From positions 127 through 64,126 of the forward strand of contig CAMKGA010000006.1 of assembly GCA_946412015.1 (NCBI GenBank): a DNA stretch of 64,000 bases, given 5' to 3'. Origin of the DNA: an uncultured Bacillales bacterium. GTDB taxonomy: Bacteria; Bacillota_I; Bacilli_A; RF39; UBA660. How positions within the stretch are numbered: position 1 is the first letter of the stretch; the number at the start of each line of letters is the position of its first letter. The notes beneath the pieces were generated by a model, which was not told where the DNA came from, did no database searches, and saw nothing but the letters and a program-made list of their open reading frames with translations. Shown here piece after piece: positions 60,272 to 64,000 of this stretch. The position numbers were made by a program, and so were the translations under genes.

Positions 60272-61981
60272 CTATTTTTGATTTTCTTTTTCTAACTCGG
60301 TAAATGCAATCTTACCAACTTTAGTCTTTGGAAGTGTTTTCCTATATTCATATTCTTTTGGTAGTGAATAAATACTTACATTTTTCTTACACAATTCAAT
60401 TATTTCTTTTTTTAATTTACCTGTTAGTTCTACTCCATCTTTTAATACTATATATGCTTTCGCAACTTGTCCTTTATATTTATGAGGAACACCAATAACA
60501 GCACACGATAATACATCTTTATGACTAACTATAATATTTTCTATATAAGATGGATATATATTATAACCACTTGATACTATAATTCTTTTTATACGTTGTT
60601 TAAATACGATAGTACCATCTTTTTGCATAGCACCTACATCTCCAGTGTGTAACCATAACTTACCATCTGGATGATATTTTAATGTCTGATTAGTCTCTAC
60701 TTCATTATTTAAGTATCCCATCATTACTGTAGGACCACTAATACATATCTCACCATCAGAACCAATATCTGCTTCTTCTAATGTATTTATTTTAACTATT
60801 TTAAAATATGTATCAGGAAATGGAACTCCAATTAATCCTTCTGTGTATTCTCCTTCATTAGTAAGACATGTTGCAGCTGTTGCTTCAGTTAAGCCATATC
60901 CAGGACGAACTGATGCATATGATCCATATTGTTTTAAATATTCATCTACTTTCTTCTTTAACTCTGGTGTTAGAATATCTCCACCAGAAATTACAGCTTC
61001 AACACATTCTAAGTCTCTTTTTTTTAGTTTTTGTTTTAATAATGCTTCATATAAGGTTGGTACTCCTACTAAGAAATTAGGTTTTGTCTTTCTAATCAAG
61101 TCTCCAAACTTTTTAGCATTAAACTGTGGTATTAAAATACATTTCATTCCACTTAATAATGGTGTATGAATACATACGGCAAGACCAAATCCATGAAATA
61201 TTGGAAGCAATGATAATACTGAATTACCAGGTATAGTTTGTTTAATTAACTCATGAGCACCCAAAGCTAGAGCATTTATATTTAAATTTGAAAGCATTAT
61301 ACCTTTAGGTTCTCCTGTAGTACCTCCACTATATAATATAACAGCAAGATCACCTGCTTCTCTTTTTTCATAACATACACCAACAAAATCTTTAGCGCTA
61401 CTTATAAATGTATTCCATAAAACTATATCATCATCACCTTTAGGAATCCTTATTTTCTTTTTATAATTAGTTATTTTATATAAATAATGCATTAAAGGTG
61501 GCATTGATGTATCAGGTCTAGCTACAATTATTTTTTGCAATTTAGTATTTCTTTTAATACTTAATACTTTATCAAGTACACTATCTAATATTAATATAAA
61601 TTTAGAATCAGACTGGTTTACATAATTTTCTATTTCTTTTTCACTAGATAATGGATGAATCATATTAGCAACCGCACCAATTAAATTAGCAGCATAAATC
61701 GTACATATAGCCTCTGGTGTAGAAGGCATACATATAGTTACTCTATCATCCTTATCAACACCATAATTTTTTAAAGATTTAGCTACATTTTCTATTTGTT
61801 TCATAAAATTACGATAAGTAACTTTCTTACCAAAATATTCATATGCAAAATATTCAGGATATTTTCTAGATACTTGTGTTAGTGCATCTATCATACTACC
61901 TGATGGATACTCTAAATTAGCTCTAGCATCCTTATATTTATTAATCCATAATCTATCTTCTTTGTTTGTTTTCTTTTTCAC
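60272..61981 (-). CDS. long-chain fatty acid-CoA ligase (ANL family)
   Basis: YSGGTTGEPKG, GYGLTE, TGD, PKTKVGK. Confidence 0.92.
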   Translation of the reverse strand: MKKKTNKEDRLWINKYKDARANLEYPSGSMIDALTQVSRKYPEYFAYEYFGKKVTYRNFMKQIENVAKSLKNYGVDKDDRVTICMPSTPEAICTIYAANLIGAVANMIHPLSSEKEIENYVNQSDSKFILILDSVLDKVLSIKRNTKLQKIIVARPDTSMPPLMHYLYKITNYKKKIRIPKGDDDIVLWNTFISSAKDFVGVCYEKREAGDLAVILYSGGTTGEPKGIMLSNLNINALALGAHELIKQTIPGNSVLSLLPIFHGFGLAVCIHTPLLSGMKCILIPQFNAKKFGDLIRKTKPNFLVGVPTLYEALLKQKLKKRDLECVEAVISGGDILTPELKKKVDEYLKQYGSYASVRPGYGLTEATAATCLTNEGEYTEGLIGVPFPDTYFKIVKINTLEEADIGSDGEICISGPTVMMGYLNNEVETNQTLKYHPDGKLWLHTGDVGAMQKDGTIVFKQRIKRIIVSSGYNIYPSYIENIIVSHKDVLSCAVIGVPHKYKGQVAKAYIVLKDGVELTGKLKKEIIELCKKNVSIYSLPKEYEYRKTLPKTKVGKIAFTELEKENQK

Positions 61982-62020
61982 TTAACTTCTCCATTCGTTA
62001 AAAATATCATATCACTATTC

Positions 62021-62719
62021 TTAATATATTTCAATTAGTGCAGATGTAACACCAATAGTCTCATTATATATTTTTATATAATATTTATCATTTATTTTTT
62101 CACTCATAATACTTATTTTATCATTATATTTAATTTCTTTTAAATATTCTATTTCAATATTAGTATAGTATTTATCATCGATAACTTCAAGAGCCATATC
62201 TAAATAATTTAAATTATGAACGTGATTATTTAAATCAATATCACTTTTTCTAATATAATAATCCAATTTATTTGAGTAATTATCTAATTCTTTTAATCTT
62301 TTTATATCTCTTGTTTCAAATACATCTTTATCAATTGGATTTTGTTTTTTAATAAGTTCTAGATTCATTACTGGTTTAAATGTTTTAATATCAAGTAACA
62401 TCCATTTGCTAGTAGCAATAATAGCTACCTCATCATTTATAGTAATTTCAAAATCCCTATAAAAATACATTTTATCAGTTTTTTTTACCCAAGTATTAAC
62501 CTTTAATTTATCACCAAATTTAGGTCTATTTTTTACCTCTAATTTCCAACTTAAAAGAACAATCGTATAACCCATTTTAATAATATCTTCTAATCCTACT
62601 TTTAAAAAGTCTGTATGCTTTGCGAAAGTATTTTCTAATATTCTAAATATCTCTTTATCAGTAACAATTCTATTTTTATCTAAATTATCAACACCTATTT
62701 CATAATCTGTACTGAACAT
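62021..62719 (-). CDS. acyl-ACP thioesterase
   Basis: Double hot-dog pattern; SDIDLNNHVHN. Confidence 0.88.
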   Translation of the reverse strand: MFSTDYEIGVDNLDKNRIVTDKEIFRILENTFAKHTDFLKVGLEDIIKMGYTIVLLSWKLEVKNRPKFGDKLKVNTWVKKTDKMYFYRDFEITINDEVAIIATSKWMLLDIKTFKPVMNLELIKKQNPIDKDVFETRDIKRLKELDNYSNKLDYYIRKSDIDLNNHVHNLNYLDMALEVIDDKYYTNIEIEYLKEIKYNDKISIMSEKINDKYYIKIYNETIGVTSALIEIY

Positions 62720-62727
62720 AAATCCTC

Positions 62728-63351
62728 CTATTTAAACTTAACTCCTAAAAATCTAACAAGTTCCATTGCTTGATATGAATCTATTATAACACCTTCTAAT
62801 GAATAATTATCAAACTTAATATTATCTATTTTACATGCTGATATATCTACATTATTCATTTTTGTATTAATTATCTCAGCATTTGACAGGTTAACATCAA
62901 CAAATTCTATATTCTTTATTTTAGTATCTAGAAATGATAAATATGATAAATCACTAGTTGTTATTAACATATTATTTATCTTCGCACTAGATAAATTAAT
63001 ATAATTGCTCTTGCAAGATAAAAACTCTATATCATTTAGCTTTGATTCGATAAATGAAATGCCAGTCATTTTACAATTTATAAATTTAACTCTACTTAAC
63101 ATTTGAAAATCAAATACTTTATTAGATAAATCACAATTTTCAAATATAACATCAATTAATTCTATATTTATAAATTCTATATTAGAAAAATCAATATTTT
63201 TAAATATACAGCTATCTATTTTAATATCTTTTATTTTAAAATTACCTTCTATATTACTTGTAAATATATAATTTTCAAATATATTATCATTAATCGCATC
63301 ACTTAAATTATAATCTATACATTTAACTACCTTAGGACTTTTTAATCTCAT
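62728..63351 (-). CDS. pentapeptide repeat protein
   Basis: F..CDLS / F.NC.. pentapeptide periodicity; start taken at MRLKSP. Confidence 0.85.
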   Translation of the reverse strand: MRLKSPKVVKCIDYNLSDAINDNIFENYIFTSNIEGNFKIKDIKIDSCIFKNIDFSNIEFINIELIDVIFENCDLSNKVFDFQMLSRVKFINCKMTGISFIESKLNDIEFLSCKSNYINLSSAKINNMLITTSDLSYLSFLDTKIKNIEFVDVNLSNAEIINTKMNNVDISACKIDNIKFDNYSLEGVIIDSYQAMELVRFLGVKFK

Positions 63352-63403
63352 TATATCTCCCCATATGATTATATCACAATATATAAAAAAAGCATAAATA
63401 TTT

Positions 63404-64000
63404 CTATTTACCTTTATTTTTTTCACTTAAATAATATTCATCAGTAATTTGTCTTTCAACAACATAATTTTCATTAAAATAATTATATTCTTCATCTATT
63501 TCATCAACAGAATCAAACAATCTAGTCTCTAATTTTCCATCACTGATTTTATATAATCTAATTTTATAATATGTATCTCTAACTGGATTATCAGTGTATT
63601 CATCTAAAGATATATCTTTCCAATCACTTTCCCAATGATAACCTGTATGTCCTCCAAAAAAGTATTCATATTTGTTACGCATAGGATTATATCCAAATCC
63701 CCATCCAACATAATAACCATATACATATTCAGTTTTAAACTCTTCTCTTGTAGTATCTCCCATCTTATCTACAAGAAAATAAAAGTTCTCTTTATTATCA
63801 CTTATAGTACATAAATCATATTCACAAATAATTTTTAAATCATCGGTTAATTTTGAATACTGTTCTTGTCTTACAAAATCTGATACTTGTTCTTTTTCAC
63901 CTAAAATATATTTAGAAAGCCCTGTATATTTATCAACATACATATGAGCATGTGGCTCGTTTACATTACATTCAACGTCCATACTACAACCAGATGTTAT
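63404..64000 (-). CDS. hypothetical protein, 5' end outside the window
   Basis: Frame stays open to the window edge (ITSGCSMDVEC..., possible lipobox). Confidence 0.55.
   Translation of the reverse strand: MTSGCSMDVECNVNEPHAHMYVDKYTGLSKYILGEKEQVSDFVRQEQYSKLTDDLKIICEYDLCTISDNKENFYFLVDKMGDTTREEFKTEYVYGYYVGWGFGYNPMRNKYEYFFGGHTGYHWESDWKDISLDEYTDNPVRDTYYKIRLYKISDGKLETRLFDSVDEIDEEYNYFNENYVVERQITDEYYLSEKNKGK

Noticed and set aside
3665-61169. Many short opposite-strand or nested ORFs (e.g. 3665, 4318, 9383, 15552, 16078, 16773, 20185, 21737, 27890, 38005-39612, 47574, 60843)
   Set aside because: They overlap well-supported genes and have the F/L/S/I-rich composition typical of shadow frames.
62728-63351. 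Qnr-type quinolone resistance
   Set aside because: Generic pentapeptide repeat protein; it cannot be assigned to Qnr from motifs alone.

Overview
A very AT-rich chromosomal segment from a small-genome, spore-forming Bacillota. The gene set (Bacillus-type DnaB/DnaI, alpha/beta SASPs, CotF-like genes, short RimP, pilin-like proteins) suggests gut Bacilli of the RF39 type; this is inferred, not searched. Standard code 11 applies, since TGA ends many intact genes. The housekeeping backbone lies mostly on the minus strand: tRNA-Arg and tRNA-Thr, thiI, rimP-nusA-ylxR-infB, ftsY-ylxM, lgt, parE/parC, dnaB-dnaI, ssb, sufB, mutM, a two-component system and fatty-acid genes. Many accessory ORFs are interleaved. 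Signals the ORF track does not show: (1) a complete candidate type I toxin-antitoxin locus at 242-569, with a 30-aa hydrophobic peptide, a convergent ~115-nt antisense RNA and a 5'-3' mRNA fold-back; (2) att-like GCACCA junctions downstream of tRNA-Thr that delimit integrase-less gene cassettes; (3) a diverged second copy of the ssb 3' end plus the RBS/ATG of the next gene, marking another cargo hotspot whose Bro-N and YhcG genes each carry an in-frame GC-rich palindrome; (4) a cluster of nucleotide-acting orphan enzymes at 9.2-14.3 kb; (5) a 39-bp direct repeat bracketing the anchor and sortase of a Cna-B adhesin; (6) mirrored divergent promoters, shared SigG-like promoters and several broken accessory genes. 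No CRISPR array, rRNA, integrase or transposase was seen.
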